This document shows positions 8,805 through 16,926 of a DNA stretch of 64,000 bases, one piece after another. Positions within the stretch are counted from its first letter, which is position 1. Each line of letters begins with the position of its first letter. The notes under the pieces were generated by a model. It was not told the origin of the DNA, ran no database searches, and was given only the letters and a program-made list of their open reading frames with translations. Source of the DNA: Nitrospirales bacterium (GTDB lineage Bacteria; Nitrospirota; Nitrospiria; Nitrospirales; UBA8639); assembly GCA_963422365.1 (NCBI GenBank), contig OY729426.1, positions 1,088,001 through 1,152,000 on the forward strand, in the 5' to 3' direction. The position numbers and the translations under genes are program-made.

Positions 8805-9766
8805 GCGTCATCTGCCTCGGGTAACTCAGGGGCAGCATCCAGCAGGGCCCGTGCGATCTGATAGCTGCGAAGACGCAGATACCGTCGCCATGGCCCGGCA
8901 CATGCGTCATACTGTTCAAAAAACGTCCGGCGGCCGTTTTTGTTGAGCAGGCAGCTTTGTCCTTCGCGGCTGAAGTGGCCCGTGCTCAACAGACGTTGGC
9001 GAAATACATGCCAGACCCAGCGGTCGACCCGCGGCCGCAATGGTTCAATCACGTCACAGGCCAAAGATTGGCGGCCATACGCAGGCTCATGGTAAAACCC
9101 CAGCAGCGGATCGAGTCCTGCTCCATGACAGGCACGTACCGCTTCATGGTGTAGCAGGGTATACACCAGCGACAGGCAGGCGTTCACCGGGTCGCGCGGG
9201 GGACGACGATTCCGCCCGGTGAAGTCCAGACTGCCGGCAAACAGGTGCTGAAACCCGGCAAAGTACATGGCCGCTGCCGACCCCTCCAGACCACGCAACA
9301 CGTCCATGCTCACGGCCTTGTGCACGGAGGGCACGAGAGAAGCCAGCCCTGTTGTCGCGGTACTGAGCGGGTGACGAAGATCGAGTCGGCGTAACAGCGC
9401 GGACTGTAATAGTTTGTGCTGCGCGGTGATTTTCGCCTGCACCAGTTGCCGGCTCCAGTTCAGGCGTCGTTCGGTATCATGCCAGAGCTGATACTGGGCA
9501 AGCCGGCGTCGTGCATCATTATGACCCGGACACAAGAGTTGCAGACGTCGCTGACCTGCGCGCCCGTGCATGATGGTGACGCCTATGCCGCGCTGCCCCA
9601 GTGTTCCCAGCAGACGGCTGTCCAACGTCACCTGACTGTGGATGACGACCCGATCCAGCATTGTGAGCGGCACACTCTGTGGTCCTGCATCGGGTCGCCG
9701 GACCAGCAGTCGTTTCCCGTCCAGTTCGAGTTGCAAGTCTTTGCGATCAATGCATAACGTCAGCAT
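8801..9766 (-). CDS. cas1: CRISPR-associated integrase Cas1
   Basis: LRGLEGSAAAMYF, RNRRPPRDPVNACLS, GLDPLLGFYH, SLACDVIEPLRP; catalytic E/H/D motifs present. Confidence 0.96.
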   Translation of the reverse strand: MLTLCIDRKDLQLELDGKRLLVRRPDAGPQSVPLTMLDRVVIHSQVTLDSRLLGTLGQRGIGVTIMHGRAGQRRLQLLCPGHNDARRRLAQYQLWHDTERRLNWSRQLVQAKITAQHKLLQSALLRRLDLRHPLSTATTGLASLVPSVHKAVSMDVLRGLEGSAAAMYFAGFQHLFAGSLDFTGRNRRPPRDPVNACLSLVYTLLHHEAVRACHGAGLDPLLGFYHEPAYGRQSLACDVIEPLRPRVDRWVWHVFRQRLLSTGHFSREGQSCLLNKNGRRTFFEQYDACAGPWRRYLRLRSYQIARALLDAAPELPEADDA

Positions 9767-9771
9767 CGCGT

Positions 9772-10053
9772 TCAGCCGATGTAACAGTAGGATTGATCTT
9801 CGGGTGCGACACCCTTGCCCAAGGTCTTGATGTCATCCGCAGAGGCCAGCGGCAGGAGCAGAAACCGATCCTCATCCGGATCGATGATCCTCCCGATGGT
9901 CTCGACCAACTCCCGCCGCTCGGTGCCGGTCAGAAAACACTCGAAGACGGATTTCTGGCGGCCACAGGCAAACCCTTTCAATACATACAGGGCAGCCCGC
10001 AGGCGGCTGGTGTTGCTGATGTCATAGGCGGCAAGATAGAGTCGGCGTTTCAT
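9772..10053 (-). CDS. cas2: CRISPR-associated Cas2 (copy A)
   Basis: LYLAAYDIS..RL...QKSVFEC...IDPDEDR. Confidence 0.93.
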   Translation of the reverse strand: MKRRLYLAAYDISNTSRLRAALYVLKGFACGRQKSVFECFLTGTERRELVETIGRIIDPDEDRFLLLPLASADDIKTLGKGVAPEDQSYCYIG

Positions 10054-10093
10054 GCCGACAAGTTAAACATATGGAAGCGCACTTTGCCGGATT

Positions 10094-10138
10094 GGCAAGC
10101 TTGTCGTGGCTGGACAGTTGCTTTGAAGACTCTATAAT
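10094..10138 (+). promoter_or_regulatory. Sigma70-like promoter with upstream palindrome for the CARF-RelE gene
   Basis: GGCAAGCTTGTC 10094-10105, TGGACA 10111-10116, 16-nt spacer, TATAAT 10133-10138. Confidence 0.7.
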
Positions 10139-10175
10139 GAAAGCAGCATCTCACATTGAACGTGGAGGAAGTCAT

Positions 10176-11291
10176 ATGAAACCTAAGTTTGTGCTGTCAC
10201 TTTGCGGGACCAGTCTGCTCACGAATGGCGCAACAGGCTATGAACGGGCTCTTATCACTCGTCACGCCAACGTCAAAGACGAACAAGATATCAAGCATGA
10301 GGAACGCGAAAGCCTGCGAGCCAGGATTGACCACGTATACTCAACATTACAAGAAGCCGCTGAACACCAAATCACAGACATGTCGGCAGAGCTGAATGCG
10401 CTGTACAAACTGTATGACGGCCAACTCGGTCAGGCTGTCAACGACCAGCATTGGCTGCTGTGTACTGATACGTGGCTGGGGAAACAAACAGGGAAACTGA
10501 TACAAGAACAACTGGAACGTCGTGGGATTTCCTCCGTGCAAATTTGTCAGCCAACGGATCTGCGTACAGAGGAACTTCTCACCTTTCAAAGCGCGTTGTC
10601 AGATCTGGTGAAATGGTGTGACGAAACGATAGAACCCTGTCGGTCTAGCTGCCATATCGTTTTCAATCTCACGGGTGGCTTTAAAAGCATTCAGGGGTTT
10701 CTGCAAACGCTGGCGATGTTTTATGCTGATGAAGCCATCTACGTCTTTGAATCCGGCACGGAATTATTACGGATACCCAGATTGCCGATCAGGCTGGACA
10801 CGGACGACGTGGTACGTCAACACCTTCATGTCTTCAGGCGTTTGGCCAAGGGTCTCGGTCTTGATGAACAGTGCCAGCTTGATGATATTGATGCTATTCC
10901 AGAGACGTTATTGCTTCGCCTTGATAACGATGTCGATTTGTCGCTTTGGGGAGATTTGGTCTGGAAGCAGACGTATAAAGATGTTTATGGTGAAAAACTC
11001 TGGCCTTCTCCAAGCAAAAAAATCATCTACGGCGAAAAATTTGAGGCAAGTGTTGCATCACTTCCACCTGACCGGATCGGGCAGGTCAACAGTCGTCTGG
11101 ATCAGCTTGCCGTCCATCTTGAACGTGGAGGGCACAATTTGTCTTCCCTGGATTTCAAACCGCTGAAGGGCAGGATTAAAAACTATACTCATGAGCTTGA
11201 CGCCTGGGCCGACCAAGACGCCAAAAGGATGTATGGACGCCTTGAAAATGGTGTTTTTACAGTCGAGGTCCTTGATGAGGCTTTGCATTAA
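10176..11291 (+). CDS. cami1: APE2256-family CARF plus C-terminal RelE-like domain; Cami1-like cOA-activated mRNA interferase
   Basis: CGTSLL, SAELNAL, TDT..G, FNLTGGFK, YVFE..LP CARF motifs. The C-terminal LDFKPLKG..HELDAW..AKRMYG resembles RelE. GGAGG RBS before ATG 10176. Confidence 0.8.
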   Translation: MKPKFVLSLCGTSLLTNGATGYERALITRHANVKDEQDIKHEERESLRARIDHVYSTLQEAAEHQITDMSAELNALYKLYDGQLGQAVNDQHWLLCTDTWLGKQTGKLIQEQLERRGISSVQICQPTDLRTEELLTFQSALSDLVKWCDETIEPCRSSCHIVFNLTGGFKSIQGFLQTLAMFYADEAIYVFESGTELLRIPRLPIRLDTDDVVRQHLHVFRRLAKGLGLDEQCQLDDIDAIPETLLLRLDNDVDLSLWGDLVWKQTYKDVYGEKLWPSPSKKIIYGEKFEASVASLPPDRIGQVNSRLDQLAVHLERGGHNLSSLDFKPLKGRIKNYTHELDAWADQDAKRMYGRLENGVFTVEVLDEALH

Positions 11292-11416
11292 GTTTATGAA
11301 GCCAGAAAAAACATATCTGCTATTCGTGAGAGGGGAGGATCGGGATTATCCCGTTATACCGGGCTTGAACCGGTATCCCGTTACGAGTATCACGCGCGAA
11401 AGCCTGAGCGAGAGCC

Positions 11417-11725
11417 TTACGCCGAGTCTTTCTTGACGACTTTCGTGATCGTGTATTCTTCCAGTCGCGCACCGAATCTCCGCATGTCTTCCGTGCTTAA
11501 CTCCATGCCACGGTGAGTGGCAGGTATATCCATGGATAAGTGAAAATACCGTCCGCCGCGCTCGCACACGGCTGCTGCTACGTGAACGGGCAGTGTGCCA
11601 AGGACCTTATCACCGGGAACAATCGTTGAAAGATCGAGATGCTCGACCATCGCGTCGACTGAAAACCCTTCCTGTTCAGTCCAGGCTTTGGCGCCGGTGT
11701 GACGAGTGATGAAAATCGTGCCCAT
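11417..11725 (-). CDS. csx16: CRISPR-associated Csx16 (ring-nuclease candidate)
   Basis: FITRHTGA..W, HLD....GDKVLGTLPVHVAA.VC.RG.RYFHL......RG.EL. Confidence 0.9.
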   Translation of the reverse strand: MGTIFITRHTGAKAWTEQEGFSVDAMVEHLDLSTIVPGDKVLGTLPVHVAAAVCERGGRYFHLSMDIPATHRGMELSTEDMRRFGARLEEYTITKVVKKDSA

Positions 11726-11729
11726 ATCA

Positions 11730-12113
11730 GTCGTCCATCAATGGGACATCTTCTCCAGGATCGGCAAAGGTGTGGGGCATTGGCAACATTACTTGCACTC
11801 TTGATGGAAGTCGTTTGTATAAACACCATTCAGGCATATGATGCCGGGCGATCTGCTTCTTCAATGACTCAGCGGGGATGCTCAGATTTGATGGCTTCAA
11901 TCGGGTTCCAGTTCACTGCTTTGGTCTCCCTAATCACCCATAACTGATTTTTGCTCAGCCCATGATTAGAAGCTATCTCATAAATGGATGAAGGCATTTT
12001 TCTGACCGCCCGACCTTGCTGTCATCCTGAAGTGCAGGCGCTGCTTTTTCAGTGAGCGATTCTTCGTCGCCCGCTCCTCAGAATGACATATTGAGACAGC
12101 TTCTAATCATCAC
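11730..12113 (-). pseudogene. Decayed minimal nucleotidyltransferase (MNT) gene interrupted by a MITE near its start
   Basis: Removing 11969-12103 plus one TA restores MINHGLSKNQLWVIRE, an MNT-like N-terminus, downstream of GAGG and of a HEPN remnant. The remainder is degenerate. Confidence 0.45.
11969..12103. mobile_element. 135-bp MITE with 12-bp TIRs and a TA target duplication
   Basis: GAAGCTATCTCA ... TGAGACAGCTTC (1 mismatch), flanked by TA on both sides. The reconstructed empty site ATGATTAATCAT is palindromic. It carries an internal GTCATCCTGA..TCAGAATGAC palindrome. Confidence 0.75.
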
Positions 12114-12179
12114 GGGCGCCTCTATAGGCCATAGAGAGTTTTTCCTATCACTCGGCAAAACAGTGGAGGTACGTTGCCT

Positions 12180-12353
12180 CTATTTTGTTTGCCAGGCTCA
12201 TTCCGTACAATACTCAAATCGTTGAATCATCCCCTCTTTCGCTCATTGATCTTATGGACGATCCCGACTCCTTTCCGCCGCTTCTTGGAGCAGAAAGTAC
12301 GCTCTCTTAAAATTATCAAATCGATATTGCCAGCGTTGCTTTTCTTCCGTCAT
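12180..12353 (-). pseudogene. HI0074-family nucleotidyltransferase substrate-binding (HEPN) remnant
   Basis: Manual translation: MTEEKQRWQYRFDNFKRAYFLLQEAAERSRDRP*DQ*AKEGMIQRFEYCTE*AWQTK*. Confidence 0.75.
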
Positions 12354-12372
12354 CCAGCCGCCTCAATTCCTT

Positions 12373-13152
12373 TCATTGCAAAACGCATTCTTTCAATTTT
12401 TGGATGCTTGCTTTGCGCTCTTTGCCCTTTTTTCCTTTCAACATTCCTAAATGACGATAGATACTCTCCGCCAAATTACAGAGTTCAATTCTGGCTTCTT
12501 TGGGCCAGTTGGCTGCACTGGTTATCAGTGCAGCCAAACGACCCGGAACACGGCCTTGCTTCGTGAGCGCGTTATTGGCTTGATCTTGATCAAACCATAT
12601 TTTTAACTCTTCAATAGCGCGTTCTTCCTCGGTCATGGCGGCGAGCCGCTGTTGCTTTTCCCGTTCTGCCTGCTGTTCAGCTAATTTCGCCTGCTTTTGT
12701 GCTTCTTCTTGTTGCTTGCGCTGGGTTAGTTTCTCCTGCAAGGCTGTGATGCGACGCCACTGTGTTTCCAACCATTGTGGCTTTGAATGACCAATCTGTT
12801 CGATTAAATTCTCCAGTACGACAGGCGGTTTGTCCGGCGGGTCAATTTCAATCAACAACCAGCCGAACGGCACCATTTCCGATCGTGAATCTTGTGCGTC
12901 GGCGGCCAGCCATAAGGTACGAGGTTTCGGCTCATCTACGGACTTTTTATTGCCGACCATTATCTTAATGCTTCTGACACCATTTAAAGTAACCGCCTCA
13001 GCGCCACTATGCCGCCCCACACGCAATAACATCATTGCTTTGTTTGATTCCAGTAGTGGTGTGATGCTGGCCAGCAATCTGTGGATGCGCTGTTCCCAGT
13101 CAGGCTCGACATAACGTCTTTGTCCGATGATTGTTATTTCCTGCTCCAGCAA
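12373..13152 (-). pseudogene. 5'-truncated second Csm5-like RAMP (C-terminal part plus coiled-coil/helical extension)
   Basis: LLRVGRHSGAEAVTL G-loop and PFGW motif typical of Csm5 C-termini. The N-terminal RAMP motif is absent and there is an in-frame stop just upstream. Confidence 0.65.
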
Positions 13153-13305
13153 GGCTTTTTAATATATGTAGTTATATGTAGTCTATTTCAATCTGATCAT
13201 CAACCTTGACGAAACAACCATGTTTCCAACCTGAGACATTTCTCACATATCACATGCTGTCGTTGGTGCCGTTGAAAATTTACACCAAACTTAATCCGGC
13301 GTGCA

Positions 13306-14739
13306 TCAATTTTCTCCTTTATAAATTTGCAAGGCCTTTTTAATCGACTTGCCTGGTGGTGGGTTATCCCACCACCCCTTTTCCTGCCAGCGTGCCTGAA
13401 TGTCTGCTAACGCAGTCTGTTTTAGGTCACCGTCTTCAATTGCTTGCCAGGATTTTGCTAGTGGTTGGCCACGCAGGGCTTCATCAGCTGAAGCATGGTG
13501 CTGTTCTTGAATGGCCGCAATTTGTTCTTCCACCCATGGGCTGCGCACGACGTCTGTCGAACTGGTTTTTTGACTTGCGGCACGTATTTCTGTCTCATCC
13601 GACCAGGGTGACAATCTTATCCAGCCCAGTGGTAAACGGGGATTGCCTTGTACGGCTAATCTCCTGGTTTTTGGAAAATTTTCAGATTTTCCGAGACGAT
13701 AAAGTCCACGCATTTTTTCCTGCGTTTCTGCATCTTGCCAACCGCCCGTCATTCCCCGCCAACCACTGCCCCAAGCCAATCTTAGATAAGCGGCATTCTC
13801 TGTTTGTTGAATGGTTTCCCGTAATGTTTCGCATTGTTCGACGATTGTTTGCTGCTTGTAACGCTGAAAAAATTTTATTTCCTGTTCGAGGATATGTCGT
13901 GCGTGACCGTTGAGCTTTGCACAGAGTCCGGCAAAATCTGCCGGTAATAACTCAAGACTGTGCTGAGGCGCGTACCAACGATTTGGGTCTTTCAGCAGGA
14001 ATCGATCCCACTGCAGTGACATCGCTGCGATTGCGGTAGGTGCTAGAGTCTCGGCGTAAATACCGGTTGCGTCCTGCCACCTGTTCTCGTTTTTCCTGTT
14101 AGACATATTGCGCCATTTCGCGAACTGTCTGTCATTGGATCTGGTGATATTTAGCCAACGAACGTCGGCAAGACACAGATCACTGGTTTGGAAGTTAGCA
14201 TCACCTACGTGCAGAGCACGCAGCAGATCTTTGTTTGGATCAGAACCAAAGACATATTTTGTGATAGCAGTTGCTGCCATCTTAGGAGAACAGGTAGGCT
14301 TCTTCTGCGTATTATCCCACCGTGGAAGACGGCTTGCTATCCCACTCGGTCTGCTGTGCAGCCATGCGGCTAACAGTGCGGTGCGGATAGCGCCTTTTAT
14401 TGAACTGCCCGGCAGGTAGGGATGCAACATGGCATCTTTGATAAACTCCCTGAATTTCTCCGGCAGGGCCATTTTCCCCTGCAAATAGGGAAGTGGGTAG
14501 CCGTAGTATGTGCCTGCAAGCCTGACAGAATCACTCAGTTTGGGATTTGCTTGCAGTAGAGTATCAAGTGCTGTATGACCCGATGCAATGGCATTAAAAG
14601 TTCGGTTCTGATCGACAACAAAAACCTGTCCTCGTTGCTCCACGTAATCAAGTTCACGATATAATTCTTCCCCTGAGCCAACGTGTACCGGTGTCAATAT
14701 TTCAACGGCAAGTTGAATCGTTTCCGTTTGTCCTTTCAT
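13306..14739 (-). CDS. csm5: Type III-A Csm5 RAMP
   Basis: LTPVHVGSG, PYLPGSSIKGAIRT, LRLAWGSGW, PLGW; follows csm4. Confidence 0.92.
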   Translation of the reverse strand: MKGQTETIQLAVEILTPVHVGSGEELYRELDYVEQRGQVFVVDQNRTFNAIASGHTALDTLLQANPKLSDSVRLAGTYYGYPLPYLQGKMALPEKFREFIKDAMLHPYLPGSSIKGAIRTALLAAWLHSRPSGIASRLPRWDNTQKKPTCSPKMAATAITKYVFGSDPNKDLLRALHVGDANFQTSDLCLADVRWLNITRSNDRQFAKWRNMSNRKNENRWQDATGIYAETLAPTAIAAMSLQWDRFLLKDPNRWYAPQHSLELLPADFAGLCAKLNGHARHILEQEIKFFQRYKQQTIVEQCETLRETIQQTENAAYLRLAWGSGWRGMTGGWQDAETQEKMRGLYRLGKSENFPKTRRLAVQGNPRLPLGWIRLSPWSDETEIRAASQKTSSTDVVRSPWVEEQIAAIQEQHHASADEALRGQPLAKSWQAIEDGDLKQTALADIQARWQEKGWWDNPPPGKSIKKALQIYKGEN

Positions 14740-15728
14740 GAAACAACTCCCGTTCCTATGAAAAAGCCTCTGCCGTCCCGATAGATAGGATGAGGGGATG
14801 CTTTCCCTTCCGGCGTATTGGTAGGTGTAACCTCAACCACCCGGCCGGTGAGGGACCGACGGAACTGACTGCCTTCGGTAAACATGCGCAATCTCAAACG
14901 TCGCAAACCATGATGTGCAATCCATCCTCCTCGACTCATCAGGTTGTAGCTCGATCCTTCAAGCCAAGTCCCTGAAAAATCTGTTGGGGCAGGGCTGACG
15001 AGTGATAACGCAGTAAAAATGCCGTTATCAGTGGTCTTCAACTCAGGAAAATTGTCTGCTTTTTGCCATTCGAAAAAGCCGTTGCCATTGCTTCGGTCTG
15101 CGCCGATGCCACTGTCCCCCAATAAACTGAGCGCAGCCTCGAATCCTTTTCTATCATTATCGTTGCCAAAATGTGCCAGGAAGTATAAGCCCGATTCCGA
15201 GTGGAAGTGTACGCGCCCGAAGTTGAATAATTGCCCCTCCAGCGGGGCACCACTGGCGCGGTCAGTCGCTAGCCTTGGGCGTTCCTCCTGCGCCCATAGC
15301 GTTAATTTTTCTACCTGTTTGCAGATCGCCTTGGGCAAGGCCAGTGTCGATTGAACAATATCGATAGCATCAAGGTTTAGCTGCCAGCCATTTGTCGCGG
15401 TATCGTGCCACAATTCTGGCGCTATCCATTGAATCTTTTTAAGCTTCTTATAGCTGCGCAGGTCTTTATCGGGTAAGTCCGGTGCAGTGCTTCCAATAGG
15501 GCGAGGCAAAAAGTAAGTGTTCTGAAAATAGGGGAATGCCGAACTGAGTAGGAACGGTGGTGCCGCAGCCCGTTCAGTCGCAACATTCGGTTCCAACAGC
15601 GCCCACGCTGATAAAATCGCGGCGCTCAACGTATCCGAGTGAATAAATATCTCGGATTCATCATAGAAATTGTTGCCGCGATTATCGACGTGAAAAGGCG
15701 CTGTAAACTTGAGTTTGTAGCAGTCCAT
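14736..15728 (-). CDS. csm4: Type III-A Csm4 RAMP
   Basis: HSDTLSAA, LSSAFPY, LGDSGIGADRSNGNG, MFTEGS, HPIYRDG. Confidence 0.93.
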   Translation of the reverse strand: MDCYKLKFTAPFHVDNRGNNFYDESEIFIHSDTLSAAILSAWALLEPNVATERAAAPPFLLSSAFPYFQNTYFLPRPIGSTAPDLPDKDLRSYKKLKKIQWIAPELWHDTATNGWQLNLDAIDIVQSTLALPKAICKQVEKLTLWAQEERPRLATDRASGAPLEGQLFNFGRVHFHSESGLYFLAHFGNDNDRKGFEAALSLLGDSGIGADRSNGNGFFEWQKADNFPELKTTDNGIFTALSLVSPAPTDFSGTWLEGSSYNLMSRGGWIAHHGLRRLRLRMFTEGSQFRRSLTGRVVEVTPTNTPEGKASPHPIYRDGRGFFIGTGVVS

Positions 15729-15739
15729 AACAGTTTATT

Positions 15740-16522
15740 TCAGGCAACAGCTTCGGCTTCTGTAGCAGACGGCTTGAATTCATCTGGTATCTTGTAATCC
15801 GACAAATCCGCTTCCTTGTTGCCTGATTTGTATTGTTCCGCAGTCCGTTGGGTCAGTGAAGTCCTAGAAAATTTGACCTGCCCATAACCGCGCGAACCGT
15901 TACCACCGAGTGTATCCGCTTGAACCAGACGCAATCCTTCAAATAGCAGGTTGAGGAAATGCTTCTGATCATCGTCTTCAAGCAAAGTAAGAATGAATTC
16001 GAAATCAAATTCCGCTCCCGCGGGCACACGTTCGATCTGGCGTGGATTTGCGGCGGAGGTAATGCGATCAATCCAGACCTCGGTTTTGACTTCGGTCATC
16101 GGCATATCGGCATTGGGCGCTGAAAGAAGCTTAACTCGACTCGCTTTTGTCAACAGCGCATCACGAACAATCAAACGTGTTGGTTCTATTGAGTCTTCAG
16201 CCGCAACGCCAAATAGTTTGCCTAGCGACGTATCCGACTTCTTCCCCGCCAAGGCTTCCTTCTTCTCACGTATAGAGAAGCCCCCTTCGACGTTCTGGTT
16301 ATTTTCCTCATTTCCCCGAACCCGTTCGAGTAATGCCCTCATTTTGCCCCGTAATGACGAGCCTGGAATATACGGATCATTGGTTAGCGGGTTCCGCACA
16401 ACGACTGAATCGGCGCCACCGATAGCCATGCCGACGGAATTACCTCCGATATGCAACCCGGTTAAAGCTGTCAAATGACCTCGAACAAAAATTTTACTGC
16501 TTACTTTTTTGATGTCAGTCAT
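15740..16522 (-). CDS. csm3: Type III-A Csm3 backbone RNase
   Basis: TGLHIGG, IGGAD (catalytic Asp), PYIPGSSLRGKMR, KTEVWIDR..ANPRQIERVP, LGGNGSRGYG. Confidence 0.96.
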   Translation of the reverse strand: MTDIKKVSSKIFVRGHLTALTGLHIGGNSVGMAIGGADSVVVRNPLTNDPYIPGSSLRGKMRALLERVRGNEENNQNVEGGFSIREKKEALAGKKSDTSLGKLFGVAAEDSIEPTRLIVRDALLTKASRVKLLSAPNADMPMTEVKTEVWIDRITSAANPRQIERVPAGAEFDFEFILTLLEDDDQKHFLNLLFEGLRLVQADTLGGNGSRGYGQVKFSRTSLTQRTAEQYKSGNKEADLSDYKIPDEFKPSATEAEAVA

Positions 16523-16524
16523 GG

Positions 16525-16926
16525 CTATTTTCCTCCTGCTGCTTTATGGTAAGCGACTATTGCTTCAAAAAATTGGCAAAATCGCTGAAACGATGCTTCA
16601 TCATTGACAGCGTCAATCGCACTATCCATCACCTTTTTCAGCTCTTTCAAACCGTCACCATGCCGGCCTGCTGCATAAGCCAACCTGGTTTTGAGAAGAA
16701 GCACTTCGCGCCGTGTGCGACTTTGCCAGCCAGACATCTCCAGCTTTTTCATATTACCGTATGCATTGCGAATTTGGCTGGTAGTAACTTTTTTAGTTTG
16801 CAGAATTTCTCCAAACCTTTCTGCAAATTGAACCATTTGTTTAGCAGTATCGTCTTGAGCAATGTAGCTTTTAATCTCTTCAGGTGTTGGCATTGGGGTT
16901 TCACCGCTTGATCTATTTGTTGGCAT
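16525..16926 (-). CDS. csm2: Type III-A small subunit Csm2
   Basis: TTSQIRN, LLKTRLAYAAGR, FFEAIVAYHK; start may be 16893. Confidence 0.93.
   Translation of the reverse strand: MPTNRSSGETPMPTPEEIKSYIAQDDTAKQMVQFAERFGEILQTKKVTTSQIRNAYGNMKKLEMSGWQSRTRREVLLLKTRLAYAAGRHGDGLKELKKVMDSAIDAVNDEASFQRFCQFFEAIVAYHKAAGGK

Noticed and set aside
10157..11131. 13-bp duplicate TTGAACGTGGAGG before and within the CARF-RelE gene
   Set aside because: Single short match with no boundary logic; probably chance.
11296..11416. Short ORF and TATCCCGTTA direct repeat after the CARF-RelE gene
   Set aside because: Too short and no recognisable family.
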